Sequence record: NC_047838.1
Strand: one strand, 5' to 3'
Length of the DNA: 64,000 bases
A program made the translations under genes and the position numbers. Positions 45,021 to 55,125 of the stretch are shown piece by piece (position 1 is the stretch's first letter; each line of letters starts with the position of its first letter). The notes beneath the pieces were generated by a model. That model had not been told where the DNA came from. It ran no database searches and saw only the letters and a list, made by a program, of their open reading frames with translations.

Positions 45021-45175
45021 TGAAATCCTTCAAACAATTTCAAGAGTCTTGGTCTAATAAATATAAAAAGAGTATTGACTGTTCTAATCCGAAAGGATTC
45101 TCTCAGAAGGCACACTGTGCTGGACGTAAAAAAAGAGCAGCAGGTGGTAAAACTAAATCAAAACCAGTTGAATGA
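45020..45175 (+). CDS. Small basic peptide with capsid-targeting-like N-terminus (51 aa, not in track)
   Basis: MKSFKQFQESWSNKYKKSIDCSNPKGFSQKAHCAGRKK...; TGATG overlap with the upstream gene. Confidence 0.7.
   Translation: MKSFKQFQESWSNKYKKSIDCSNPKGFSQKAHCAGRKKRAAGGKTKSKPVE
45058..45063 (+). promoter_or_regulatory. T4-type late promoter (inside small ORF)
   Basis: AATAAATA upstream of the 45172 gene. Confidence 0.45.
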
Positions 45176-47028
45176 GCAATCCTCGTATTCCAAGAAAACC
45201 TGGACAACCAGCAAATTCCAAAAAGCACTCTGACCTTTACACGGATGAAAATCCAAAAGGCACGATTCATGGACTTGGATTTAAGGATGTTGCAACCGCT
45301 AAAGCATCTGTTTCTAAGATTCGTAATTCATCAAGATCTCATGCTCACAAAATCCAGGCAGCAGTTGCCATGGAACAGAGAGCAAGAGAAATGGGAAAGA
45401 CTTCAGAAGCAGCGGTCTATAGAAAGTACATCAACGCTATGAAGAAGAAGACCAAAAAGATGAACGAAGCAAAAGAAAACGGAAGATGTAAAGCAGGACA
45501 ATATTTCTGCTATACAGATAAAGTTTGCAAACCAATTCCAAAAGGATTCATGGTTGATCCTGAAGGAATGCTTCGTAAAGAAAATGGTGCGACTATTGAT
45601 GAAGAGGGTCTTCGTGATTGGTTTGGTAAGTCTAAATCAAAAGATGGTAAGAAAGGTTGGGTTCAAGTAGTTTCAGGCAAACCCTGTGCTAGACAACCCG
45701 GTCAAAAGTCAACACCTAAATGTGTTTCTTCTGCGAAGAGAGCAAGTATGAGTAAATCAGAAAGACTCTCAGCCCAAAGAAGAAAAAGAGCAGCTGATCC
45801 TAATCAACCACAAAAATCAGGAGCAGCAAAACCTACTTATGTGTCAACCGATAAACCTAAAAAAATGAAATCTGTTAAAGAGTCTGTTGATTTTGTAACC
45901 TTACCACTTAATATTGAAATTCCTAATAACATCAGAGACTTCAACTTAGGTCTCATGTTCCGCGAAAGTTTAGATACTAATAGCGGAATGCTCTTCATTT
46001 TTGAAGAAGTTGCACAACAGTCATTCCACATGACTGAAACCAGAATCCCTCTGGATATTGCTTTCATCAGAGAGGATGGTACAATCGAAAGCATTAAAGA
46101 ATTAGAACCGTTCGACGAGAATCCAGTCTTCTCTGAGGGAGAAGTTCTGTGCGCGTTAGAAGTAAATCGCGGATGGTTTGAAGAAAATAACGTTGAAGTA
46201 GGTGACCAGATTGATATTGAGGAAGGCAAGAAAGATGCTTGCTACCACAAAGTCAAGTCTCGCTACTCTGTTTGGCCAAGTGCATATGCGTCAGGAGCAC
46301 TAGTCAAATGTCGTAAAGTTGGTGCTGCCAACTGGGGAAATAAGTCTAAGACTAAGAAAGAAGAATTTGAACTTGATGAGAAGTGTTGGAAAGGTTATGA
46401 GAAAAAAGGTATGAAGACCATGTTTGGAAAGAGATATCCAAACTGTGTCAAGAAAACCAAGAAAGAAGAAGTTGAACTGATTGATGAAAAGAAAGGTTGT
46501 ATGCACAACCACAAAGGTGAAGAGTGTCCGGTGCATGGCAAGAAGGAATGCCCTGACATGGTTGAAGAGGCAGTAAGAATGCCATCTAAGACTGGTAATG
46601 TCATCGCAGTCTCTCTGAACTGGAGAGGCAAATTCTATATGATTAAGATGTTCTTCCCCTCGGTTAAGGTTCCTAGCAGAGCAGAAATTCAATCAACGAT
46701 TGAAACTGTATATCCTGGCGCAAAAGTACAAAGTTACCAGGTATCCGAGTATGAACCAGGGCAACCGGTTCTCCATGCAGAAGGAGCAGCATGGACCAAA
46801 AAAGCAGGAAAAAACAAAGAGGGCGGACTTAACGAAAAAGGACGAAAGTCTTACGAAAGAGAGAATCCAGGAAGCGACCTTAAGGCACCTAGCAAGAAGG
46901 TTGGAAATCCCCGTAGAGCGTCATTCTGCGCTCGAATGAAAGGGATGAAGAAGAAATTGACTTCAAAGAAAACTGCGAACGATCCAGATAGCAGAATCAA
47001 TAAATCACTTAGAGCGTGGAATTGCTGA
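45172..47028 (+). CDS. Modular basic protein with an internal DUF192-like domain; putative internal head polyprotein
   Basis: GLMFRESL...GMLFIF...MTETRIPLDIAFI...ALEVNRGWF (DUF192-like) among short K/R/C-rich modules. Confidence 0.7.
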   Translation: MSNPRIPRKPGQPANSKKHSDLYTDENPKGTIHGLGFKDVATAKASVSKIRNSSRSHAHKIQAAVAMEQRAREMGKTSEAAVYRKYINAMKKKTKKMNEAKENGRCKAGQYFCYTDKVCKPIPKGFMVDPEGMLRKENGATIDEEGLRDWFGKSKSKDGKKGWVQVVSGKPCARQPGQKSTPKCVSSAKRASMSKSERLSAQRRKRAADPNQPQKSGAAKPTYVSTDKPKKMKSVKESVDFVTLPLNIEIPNNIRDFNLGLMFRESLDTNSGMLFIFEEVAQQSFHMTETRIPLDIAFIREDGTIESIKELEPFDENPVFSEGEVLCALEVNRGWFEENNVEVGDQIDIEEGKKDACYHKVKSRYSVWPSAYASGALVKCRKVGAANWGNKSKTKKEEFELDEKCWKGYEKKGMKTMFGKRYPNCVKKTKKEEVELIDEKKGCMHNHKGEECPVHGKKECPDMVEEAVRMPSKTGNVIAVSLNWRGKFYMIKMFFPSVKVPSRAEIQSTIETVYPGAKVQSYQVSEYEPGQPVLHAEGAAWTKKAGKNKEGGLNEKGRKSYERENPGSDLKAPSKKVGNPRRASFCARMKGMKKKLTSKKTANDPDSRINKSLRAWNC

Positions 47029-47035
47029 TTGATTT

Positions 47036-48682
47036 ATGAGTGAAGTATATCTTGGTAATCCTAATCTAAAAAAAGCGAATACTCCTATTGAGTTTACTCA
47101 GGAACAAGTTCTTGAGTTTCTTAAATGTAAGGAGGATCCCGTTTATTTTGCAAAAAACTATGTTAAGATTGTTTCTCTTGATGAAGGACTAGTTCCTTTT
47201 CAACCATATGATTTTCAAGAGAAGTTAATTAATAACTTCCACGACAATAGATTTAACATTTGTAAGATGCCTAGGCAGACAGGTAAATCTACAACTGTTG
47301 TATCTTATCTGCTTCATTATGCAGTTTTTAATGATAGTGTTAATATTGGTATCCTCGCTAACAAAGCAGCAACCGCAAGAGAACTTTTAGGAAGACTTCA
47401 GACAGCATATGAAAACTTACCGAAGTGGATGCAGCAAGGTGTGCTAGTATGGAACAGAGGTTCTTTGGAGTTAGAAAATGGCAGTAAGATATTGGCAGCT
47501 TCTACATCTGCGAGTGCTGTCCGAGGCATGTCGTTCAATATCTTATTCCTCGACGAATTCGCGTTCGTTCCAAATCACGTCGCTGATTCCTTCTTTGCAT
47601 CTGTTTATCCTACTATTACTTCTGGTAAAAGCACAAAAGTCATCATAGTTTCAACGCCACATGGTATGAATCATTTCTACCGTATGTGGCATGATGCGGA
47701 GAGAGGTGAAAACGAATACGTACCAACTGATGTCCACTGGTCAGAAGTTCCAGGTAGAGATGAAAAATGGAAAGCAACCACAATTGCTAACACGTCTGAA
47801 TCACAATTCAAAGTTGAGTTTGAATGTGAGTTCTTAGGATCAGTTGATACTCTGATTGCACCAAGTAAACTTAGATCATTAGTATATGATAATCCAATTC
47901 AGAGGAACGCTGGACTGGATGTCTATGAACTACCAAAACAAGACCATGATTATGTAATGACAGTTGATGTGGCAAGAGGAGTTGGTGAAGATTACTCTGC
48001 ATTTGTCTGTGTAGATATTACCGAGTTCCCTCATAAAGTAGTTGCTAAGTATAGAAATAATGAAATCAAACCGATGTTGTTTCCTAACATCATTTATGAG
48101 GTGGCAAAAAAATATAATGGTGCATATATTTTGTGTGAGGTAAATGATATTGGAGATCAAGTAGCAAGTATTATTCAATATGATCTTGAATATCAAAATC
48201 TTCTGATGTGTTCTATGAGAGGTAGAGCAGGACAGATTGTTGGTCAAGGATTCTCTGGTAAGAAGACACAACTTGGTGTCAAGATGTCTAAGACTGTAAA
48301 GAAGGTTGGGTCACTTAATCTCAAAACTTTGATTGAGGCAGATAAACTCATCTTTAGCGATTATGAAATTATTTCTGAACTGACAACCTTTATCTCAAAG
48401 AGTAATTCTTTTGAAGCAGAAGAGGGTTGTAACGATGACTTGGCGATGTGTCTTGTTATCTACGCCTGGTTGGTCCAAATGGACTACTTTAAGGAGTTGA
48501 CCGACCAAGATGTTCGTAAGAGATTATATGAAGAACAAAAGAATCAAATTGAGCAGGATATGGCTCCATTTGGTTTTTTAAATGATGGTCTAAGTGATGA
48601 CAGTTTTGTTGATAGTGAGGGAGATAGATGGACAACAGCAGAATACGGTGACAGATCTTACATGTGGGAATACCTCTCATGA
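47036..48682 (+). CDS. gp17: Terminase large subunit gp17
   Basis: YLGNPNLK, CKMPRQTGKST, LFLDEFAF, IIVSTPHG, VDVARG, NDDLAM. Confidence 0.97.
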   Translation: MSEVYLGNPNLKKANTPIEFTQEQVLEFLKCKEDPVYFAKNYVKIVSLDEGLVPFQPYDFQEKLINNFHDNRFNICKMPRQTGKSTTVVSYLLHYAVFNDSVNIGILANKAATARELLGRLQTAYENLPKWMQQGVLVWNRGSLELENGSKILAASTSASAVRGMSFNILFLDEFAFVPNHVADSFFASVYPTITSGKSTKVIIVSTPHGMNHFYRMWHDAERGENEYVPTDVHWSEVPGRDEKWKATTIANTSESQFKVEFECEFLGSVDTLIAPSKLRSLVYDNPIQRNAGLDVYELPKQDHDYVMTVDVARGVGEDYSAFVCVDITEFPHKVVAKYRNNEIKPMLFPNIIYEVAKKYNGAYILCEVNDIGDQVASIIQYDLEYQNLLMCSMRGRAGQIVGQGFSGKKTQLGVKMSKTVKKVGSLNLKTLIEADKLIFSDYEIISELTTFISKSNSFEAEEGCNDDLAMCLVIYAWLVQMDYFKELTDQDVRKRLYEEQKNQIEQDMAPFGFLNDGLSDDSFVDSEGDRWTTAEYGDRSYMWEYLS

Positions 48683-48906
48683 TAGATTTTGATGGTCAAA
48701 TAAAACTTGGTCATCTTCTTCTTCAAGACAGAAAGTGTAGAACTTGTGGGGAGATTAAAAATCTAGTAGAGGGATTTTATAGAACAAGAAAAGATAGAGG
48801 ACCAGTTGCATCTTCATATTCATATGAGTGCAAAGAATGCACTATAAAGCGAGTTGTAAATACTCCAAAAAAAGATAATAATAAGTGGGAGTATCCTGAT
48901 TGGTAG
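48679..48906 (+). CDS. Small zinc-finger protein
   Basis: ATGA overlap with gp17; CRTC...FYRT...YECKEC. Confidence 0.65.
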   Translation: MIDFDGQIKLGHLLLQDRKCRTCGEIKNLVEGFYRTRKDRGPVASSYSYECKECTIKRVVNTPKKDNNKWEYPDW

Positions 48907-48944
48907 TTCACGTCTTATTTCCCCTCTGAAAGTGCTGCAAATTC

Positions 48945-48950
48945 TAAATA
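48945..48950 (+). promoter_or_regulatory. T4-type late promoter
   Basis: CTAAATA upstream of gp18. Confidence 0.65.
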
Positions 48951-48983
48951 CTTTCAGATAAACTGAGACACGGAGAACAAAAC

Positions 48984-51212
48984 ATGGCGACTCCTCAATT
49001 ATCTCCTGGAGTATTGGTAAGGGAGGTTGACCTAACAGTAGGGAGAGCTGATAACGTATTAGATAATATTGGCGCAATCGCCGGTCCTTTTAGAATTGGA
49101 CCCGTCGAAGAAGCAATTGACATCAGCACCGAGCAAGAGTTAATCAACACTTTTGGAAAACCACTTTCCACAGACACCCAGTATGAGTACTGGATGAGTG
49201 CTGCTAACTATCTTTCTTACGGTGGCGTTCTCAAGGTTGTAAGACAAGCAGACGACAATCTGAGAAACGCTAACGCTGGTGTAGGTATTGCATCGACTTC
49301 TGTCCTGAAAGTCTATAACTACGATGACTATCAGAACAACCACACCACAGATGCATCATTCGTTTATGCTGCTAAGAACCCTGGTTCCTGGGCAGACAAA
49401 CTGAAGGTTTGCTACATCGACGATGCTGCTGACCAGATTATTGGTATCAACACGACCAACCTTGCAACTGCTGGTTTCTCCATCGGTTTCGGTGTTACTG
49501 CTGCAATCAGCGGAACTCAATCTGGAGTTGGAACGACTGGAACATTTACTGGTGCTCTGAAGGGTATTATCACCGGTGTTAATACTTCAAGCACTGCTTC
49601 ACTTAGCACGATTGAAGTTAAGATTGTTTCTCAAGTCTCCTCTGCAGGAACTGAAACAAGAATCACTTATGCTGAAGGAAACGCACTCAAGGCGTTTGAT
49701 GGAAGCGATGCTATCTTCCCAGTAAACAATTCTGGTATCAACACCGGATCTGGAGCAGATGGTGCTAAGTCATTCACTCCTGTTGCACTTTCAGTCAAAG
49801 ACTGGTACGAGGAGCAAACTCTGGGTCTCACCAATCAGACCATTTACTGGAAGACCTTAGCACCAAAACCAGAAACTAACGTTTATGTTTCTGACAGAGA
49901 TGGTAGAAACGACGCTGTTCACATCGTTATTGTTGATGACACCGGAAGCATCACCGGCATCAGAGGAAATGTCCTTGAGACACACCTGAGTCTTTCTAAA
50001 GCAGCAGATGCTATCTCTAATGTAAATGCTCCACAGAGAATTTACTACAAGGATTATCTCGCAGATTTCTCCGAGAATGTCTATGCAGGTCTTAATCCAT
50101 CACTCGCAGGTGATGCATATCACGGAACCTCACCTAAGGCAACCGGATTTACCACGACAAGTGGTGATACAAACGCATTCGCACCTACTTCAATCGCTGA
50201 TGGTTCATTCCGTCAGGATGCTCAAGGTGTAACTTTCTCTGCTCTGGGTAACGTAACATACGAACTACTCAACGGTCTCGATTACACGACTGTTGTTGGT
50301 GGAATGAAGGGAACCCTCGCTGATAACATGAGAGCATACGATCTCTTCTCAAACAAAGATGAGATTGAAGTCGATTACATGATCATGGGTCCTGGTTGCG
50401 ATACTGAGGCAGAAACTCAGGCAAAAGCAAACAAACTGATCTCTCTTGCAAATGAGAGAAAGGATTGTATGGCAGTTATCGGACCTCATAGAGCAAACTT
50501 GATCAACGTAACTAACTCGAACGATCAAACTAACAATCTGATTAACTACTTCTCCACGTTAAGTTCTTCTTCTTACGCGGTATTTGATAGTGGTTATAAG
50601 TATCAGTTTGATAGATTCAATAATGAGTTCCGTTATGTTCCTGCTAACGCAGACGTTGCTGGTCTCATGGTTCGCACCTCGATTCAAGCATTCCCTTGGT
50701 TCTCACCTGCGGGACAACAGCGTGGTGTAATTAACAACGCTGTCAAACTTGCATATAACCCAAGCAAGACACAAAGAGATCGTCTCTATCCTAAGAGAAT
50801 TAACTCCTTCATCACCAAACCTGGTGTTGGAACACTTCTCTTCGGAGATAAGACTGCTCTCGGATATGCATCTGCATTCGATAGAATCAACGTTCGCCGT
50901 CTCTTCCTCACAGTTGAGCAGGCACTTGCAAGAGCAGCAGAAGCACAACTCTTTGAACTCAACGATGAGTTGACAAGAGCAAACTTCAGAAATATTGTTG
51001 AACCATTCCTCCGTGATGTTCAGGCAAAGAGAGGTCTCTATGGATTCCTCGTTGTTTGTGATTCTTCAAACAACACACCTGATATCATCGATAATAATGA
51101 ATTTAGAGCGGACATCTTCCTGAAGCCAACTAAGTCGATTAACTACATCACTCTTACGTTCGTTGCTACCAGAACTGGTGTTTCCTTTGAAGAAGTTGTA
51201 GGCACTGTTTGA
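48984..51212 (+). CDS. gp18: Tail sheath protein gp18
   Basis: LSPGVLVREVDLT, WFSPAG, FDRINVRRLF, FRADIFLKPTKSINYI. Confidence 0.97.
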   Translation: MATPQLSPGVLVREVDLTVGRADNVLDNIGAIAGPFRIGPVEEAIDISTEQELINTFGKPLSTDTQYEYWMSAANYLSYGGVLKVVRQADDNLRNANAGVGIASTSVLKVYNYDDYQNNHTTDASFVYAAKNPGSWADKLKVCYIDDAADQIIGINTTNLATAGFSIGFGVTAAISGTQSGVGTTGTFTGALKGIITGVNTSSTASLSTIEVKIVSQVSSAGTETRITYAEGNALKAFDGSDAIFPVNNSGINTGSGADGAKSFTPVALSVKDWYEEQTLGLTNQTIYWKTLAPKPETNVYVSDRDGRNDAVHIVIVDDTGSITGIRGNVLETHLSLSKAADAISNVNAPQRIYYKDYLADFSENVYAGLNPSLAGDAYHGTSPKATGFTTTSGDTNAFAPTSIADGSFRQDAQGVTFSALGNVTYELLNGLDYTTVVGGMKGTLADNMRAYDLFSNKDEIEVDYMIMGPGCDTEAETQAKANKLISLANERKDCMAVIGPHRANLINVTNSNDQTNNLINYFSTLSSSSYAVFDSGYKYQFDRFNNEFRYVPANADVAGLMVRTSIQAFPWFSPAGQQRGVINNAVKLAYNPSKTQRDRLYPKRINSFITKPGVGTLLFGDKTALGYASAFDRINVRRLFLTVEQALARAAEAQLFELNDELTRANFRNIVEPFLRDVQAKRGLYGFLVVCDSSNNTPDIIDNNEFRADIFLKPTKSINYITLTFVATRTGVSFEEVVGTV

Positions 51213-51223
51213 TCAACATTATC

Positions 51224-51229
51224 TAAATA
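51224..51229 (+). promoter_or_regulatory. T4-type late promoter
   Basis: CTAAATA followed by GGAGG RBS upstream of gp19. Confidence 0.65.
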
Positions 51230-51248
51230 ACAAAGGAGGACTAAAAAA

Positions 51249-51878
51249 ATGGCAGCATCAAAAGAAAACAGAACTATCTCCCAGTTTAAGTCTAGACTTG
51301 CTGGGGGTGGCGCTCGCCCTAATCTGTTTGAGGTAGAACTCACTCTTGATGGAGAGGGTCTTGGATTCTCTCTTCCAGGATATGACGCAACTCAAATGGC
51401 GTTCCTATGTAAGGCAGCAAACCTGCCTGCTCAGAACATCGCTTCTATTGACGTTCCTTTCAGAGGAAGAATCTTCAAAGTTGCTGGAGATAGAACCATC
51501 GATACATGGACTATCACCATCATCAACGATGAGGACTTCAGACTCAGAAGAGCGATGGAATTCTGGACTGAACAGATTGCATCACTTGACACCAACTTAG
51601 GTGCCACAAGCCCTAATGCTTACATGGCAGCAGCAAAAGTTTATCAGTTGGGTAGAGGTTCATCACCCAGAAGTACTGATAACTCTGGAGATTCAAACTC
51701 TGTATTGGCAGAGTATGAATTCGTCGATATCTTCCCCACGGAAGTATCTGCTATCGATCTGTCTTACGATTCATCTGATACGATTGAAGAATTTACTGTT
51801 ACCTTCCAGGTTCAGTCAATTCGCATTCTTAAGGGAGAGGGAGCAGCAGGCAGCGCCAGACAGAACGTAAATGGATAA
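51249..51878 (+). CDS. gp19: Tail tube protein gp19
   Basis: GGGARPNLFEV, FLCKAANLP, AGDRT..WTITIINDEDF, IEEFTVTF. Confidence 0.95.
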   Translation: MAASKENRTISQFKSRLAGGGARPNLFEVELTLDGEGLGFSLPGYDATQMAFLCKAANLPAQNIASIDVPFRGRIFKVAGDRTIDTWTITIINDEDFRLRRAMEFWTEQIASLDTNLGATSPNAYMAAAKVYQLGRGSSPRSTDNSGDSNSVLAEYEFVDIFPTEVSAIDLSYDSSDTIEEFTVTFQVQSIRILKGEGAAGSARQNVNG

Positions 51879-51890
51879 TCTCAGGACTAA

Positions 51891-51896
51891 TAAATA
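51891..51896 (+). promoter_or_regulatory. T4-type late promoter
   Basis: AATAAATA upstream of gp20. Confidence 0.65.
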
Positions 51897-51924
51897 GTCT
51901 GAGGATAACCATAAAAATATAATC

Positions 51925-53592
51925 ATGTCCAAGTTATTTGGGTTCTCTATTGAGGACACAGAACCACTATCTCCCGGAGCGGTCTCCCCTATTCCTCCTA
52001 ATAATGAGGATGGGGTTGACCACTACGCGAGTAGTGGTTTTTTTGGTACGCATGTTGACTTAGAAGGTGTCTATAGAAATGAGTTTGAATTAATTAAACG
52101 ATATCGTGAGATGTCACTTCACCCAGAGTGTGATAGTGCTATTGAAGATATTGTAAATGAAGCAGTTGTTTCTGATTCAAACGATAGTCCTGTAGAGATT
52201 GAACTATCAAACCTTAATGCTAGTGATGGTATTAAGAATAAAATTCGTAAAGAATTCAAGTATATCTTAGATTTATTGGATTTTGATAAGAAAGCACATG
52301 AAATCTATCGCAACTGGTATATTGACGGTAGAATTTATTATCATAAAATCATCGACTTGAAGAATCCTCAAGAAGGAATTCAAGAGTTACGTTATATTGA
52401 CGCGATGAAGATGCGTTATATTCGTCAGCAAAAGAAAAAACCTGGCGATCAAGCAAACGCAATTAACAGACTTAATAATAGAAACCCAGATCCTATGGAT
52501 TATGAGTTTCCTGAAATTGATGAATACTTCCTGTATCAACCAAAACTTACTTATCCAGTTGCTAATCCAACTCAAGCAGGTGGCGATAAGGGTATTAAGA
52601 TTGCAAAAGATGCAATCACATATTGCACATCTGGTTTAGTTGATCGTAATAAAGGTAACACGCTTTCGTATCTTCACAAAGCAATCAAATCACTCAATCA
52701 ACTTAGAATGATTGAGGATTCGCTGGTCATCTACAGATTGTCCCGAGCTCCAGAGCGCAGAATTTTCTACATCGATGTTGGTAATCTGCCAAAAATGAAG
52801 GCAGAACAATACCTGCGCGATGTAATGATGCGTTATCGCAACAAACTTGTATACGATGCAAACACAGGAGAGATCCGTGATGACAAAAAATACATGGCAA
52901 TGCTCGAAGACTTCTGGCTTCCTAGGCGTGAGGGCGGAAGAGGAACCGAAATCTCCACTCTCCCTGGCGGACAAAACCTGGGTGAAATTACTGATATTGA
53001 GTATTTTAAAAAGAAACTCTACCGTTCACTTAACGTCCCTCCATCACGAATGGATGGCGAAGGTGGGTTTAACTTGGGGAGATCTTCTGAGATCCTGAGA
53101 GACGAACTCAAGTTCACTAAGTTTGTTGGTCGTTTAAGAAAGAGATTCTCCAACATGTTTAATGACATGCTGAAGACCCAATTGATCCTGAAGAATGTAA
53201 TTACTCCTGAAGATTGGGAGTCTATGAGTGAGCACATTCAATATGATTTCCTTTATGATAATCACTTCTCTGAACTGAAAGAAGCAGAACTTCTGAATGA
53301 AAGACTGACTCTTGCTCAGGCAGCAGATCCTTATATTGGCAAGTATTACTCTCAGGATTATGTTCGCCGTAAGATTCTGCGTCAAACTGACATGGAAATT
53401 ATCGAACAAGATAAGTTGATTGAAAAGGAAATCAAGGAAGGAAAAATTCCTGATCCTGCAACTATTGATCCTGCAACTGGTCAACCTTACGAAAGTGCAG
53501 CAGGCATGGATTTAGGTACTCCAGTCATGGAACCTGAAGCAGACGGATCTGCAACAGAAGCACCAGAACTACCCAAGGGTGGGGAAATATAA
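51925..53592 (+). CDS. gp20: Portal protein gp20
   Basis: RNWYIDGR, LVIYRLSRAPERRIFYIDVGN, EDFWLPRREGGRGTEISTLPGG. Confidence 0.98.
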   Translation: MSKLFGFSIEDTEPLSPGAVSPIPPNNEDGVDHYASSGFFGTHVDLEGVYRNEFELIKRYREMSLHPECDSAIEDIVNEAVVSDSNDSPVEIELSNLNASDGIKNKIRKEFKYILDLLDFDKKAHEIYRNWYIDGRIYYHKIIDLKNPQEGIQELRYIDAMKMRYIRQQKKKPGDQANAINRLNNRNPDPMDYEFPEIDEYFLYQPKLTYPVANPTQAGGDKGIKIAKDAITYCTSGLVDRNKGNTLSYLHKAIKSLNQLRMIEDSLVIYRLSRAPERRIFYIDVGNLPKMKAEQYLRDVMMRYRNKLVYDANTGEIRDDKKYMAMLEDFWLPRREGGRGTEISTLPGGQNLGEITDIEYFKKKLYRSLNVPPSRMDGEGGFNLGRSSEILRDELKFTKFVGRLRKRFSNMFNDMLKTQLILKNVITPEDWESMSEHIQYDFLYDNHFSELKEAELLNERLTLAQAADPYIGKYYSQDYVRRKILRQTDMEIIEQDKLIEKEIKEGKIPDPATIDPATGQPYESAAGMDLGTPVMEPEADGSATEAPELPKGGEI

Positions 53593-53595
53593 ATA
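53588..53595 (+). promoter_or_regulatory. T4 late promoter (full consensus)
   Basis: TATAAATA. Confidence 0.75.
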
Positions 53596-53622
53596 TATTA
53601 GTTACTCATATACAATTTTTAA

Positions 53623-53823
53623 ATGGAAGACCTATTAGATGCTATCGTGAATGATCAATCACCATCGCAAATTAGTGATGGAATCAAAGACATGCTTTAC
53701 TCCAAAGCAGCAGAAAGGGTTGATGCTTTCCGTCCATATGCTGCAAATGCAGTATTTGGAAATGATGAAATTGATACAGAAATTGAAAGTGAAGTAGAAG
53801 ATACTTCAGATGCTGAAGAGTAA
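53623..53823 (+). CDS. Small acidic protein at the prohead-core (gp67-like) position
   Basis: 66 aa, very acidic C-terminus, between gp20 and gp21. Confidence 0.6.
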   Translation: MEDLLDAIVNDQSPSQISDGIKDMLYSKAAERVDAFRPYAANAVFGNDEIDTEIESEVEDTSDAEE

Positions 53824-53824
53824 T

Positions 53825-53832
53825 TATAAATA
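53825..53832 (+). promoter_or_regulatory. T4 late promoter (full consensus)
   Basis: TATAAATA. Confidence 0.75.
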
Positions 53833-53859
53833 ACTATTATAAATGAACTTTAAGGAATA

Positions 53860-54450
53860 ATGGCGTTAAAACCTGTAGGAAGTGGTATTACTTTCGCCAC
53901 TAGTGGAGCGGCGGCGGTTTCGTCGTTTATTCCACACCAATCTGAGTATATTAGAGTAGTTGCCACCGGTGCAGCTGCTCATGTTGCAGTTGGAACTAAC
54001 CCAACCGCTACGACTACAGATGTTGTTGTGATTACTGGCGAACCAGAAGTTCTGACTATTGGAAGACCATCCTCACAAAGAGTGGTTGCTATTACTACAG
54101 GAACAACGACAACTATTGATTTTCCTGAAGGAACTGGATCTCCGTTTGAGAAGGACGATATTGTTTCGCTCACTATTAACGGCGCAGCACATCATGATGT
54201 CGGCACTCTTGCTAATGCATACGTTGGCATTATTACGGACGTAGGTGTTCTTTCTGTTAATAGAACCGCAGGATTTAGTGGGTTCCATAACACTCGTATT
54301 GTTGTTAATGCAGATACTTCTGGAATTAAAACAGCATTTGACTTTGATTATGCCGAACTAAGAGACCAATTTAAGGTTTCTGCAGAAGCAATTGCTGGAA
54401 CTGGAATGTTTTATGCACAACAAATTCAAACCGCTGGAGGACCATCCTGA
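53860..54450 (+). CDS. Hypothetical virion-associated protein
   Basis: 196 aa beta-rich ORF after a late promoter; TGATG-coupled to gp21. Confidence 0.7.
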   Translation: MALKPVGSGITFATSGAAAVSSFIPHQSEYIRVVATGAAAHVAVGTNPTATTTDVVVITGEPEVLTIGRPSSQRVVAITTGTTTTIDFPEGTGSPFEKDDIVSLTINGAAHHDVGTLANAYVGIITDVGVLSVNRTAGFSGFHNTRIVVNADTSGIKTAFDFDYAELRDQFKVSAEAIAGTGMFYAQQIQTAGGPS

Positions 54451-55100
54451 TGAAACTGATTAGAGAAGAAATTGAATCAGTAGATTTTATCGTTGAAGAA
54501 CGTAACGGTAAAAAGTCTCTTTATATTGAAGGAGTCTTCCTGCAAGGAAATATCAAGAACCGTAATGGTCGCATGTATCCTATGGAAACGCTGCGCCGCG
54601 AAGTTCAAAGATATAGCGAAAATCACGTTGTTGCAGGTAGAGCACTTGGGGAACTTGGTCACCCCGATGGTCCTACCGTTAATCTCGATAGAGTGTCCCA
54701 CAAGATTGTTTCTTTGAAAGAGTCTGGATCAAACTTTATCGGTAAAGCAAAAATCCTCGGAACACCCATGGGTAAGATTGCATCTTCACTTATTGGTGAA
54801 GGTGTAAAACTCGGTGTTTCTTCTCGTGGTATTGGTTCCCTCAAGATGACAAAAGAGGGAGTCAATATTGTCGGTGACGACTTCATGTTAGCAACCGCTG
54901 CTGATATCGTTGCTGATCCTTCAGCACCCGATGCATTTGTTGAGGGGATTATGGAAGGAAAAGATTGGGTATGGGATGGTGGCATTCTTCGTGAGAAGTA
55001 TGCTGAAAAAACATACAAACAAATCAATACTCTTGTTGACCAAAAAGCACTTGATGAGAAGAAATTGGATTTGTTCAACGATTTTCTCAACAACCTCTGA
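54450..55100 (+). CDS. gp21: Prohead protease gp21
   Basis: MKLIREE, YIEGVFLQ, NRNGRMY, GELGHP, LGVSSRG, DIVADPSAPDAFV. Confidence 0.97.
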   Translation: MKLIREEIESVDFIVEERNGKKSLYIEGVFLQGNIKNRNGRMYPMETLRREVQRYSENHVVAGRALGELGHPDGPTVNLDRVSHKIVSLKESGSNFIGKAKILGTPMGKIASSLIGEGVKLGVSSRGIGSLKMTKEGVNIVGDDFMLATAADIVADPSAPDAFVEGIMEGKDWVWDGGILREKYAEKTYKQINTLVDQKALDEKKLDLFNDFLNNL

Positions 55101-55125
55101 TTATTGAGTATAAAATTTCTTAATT

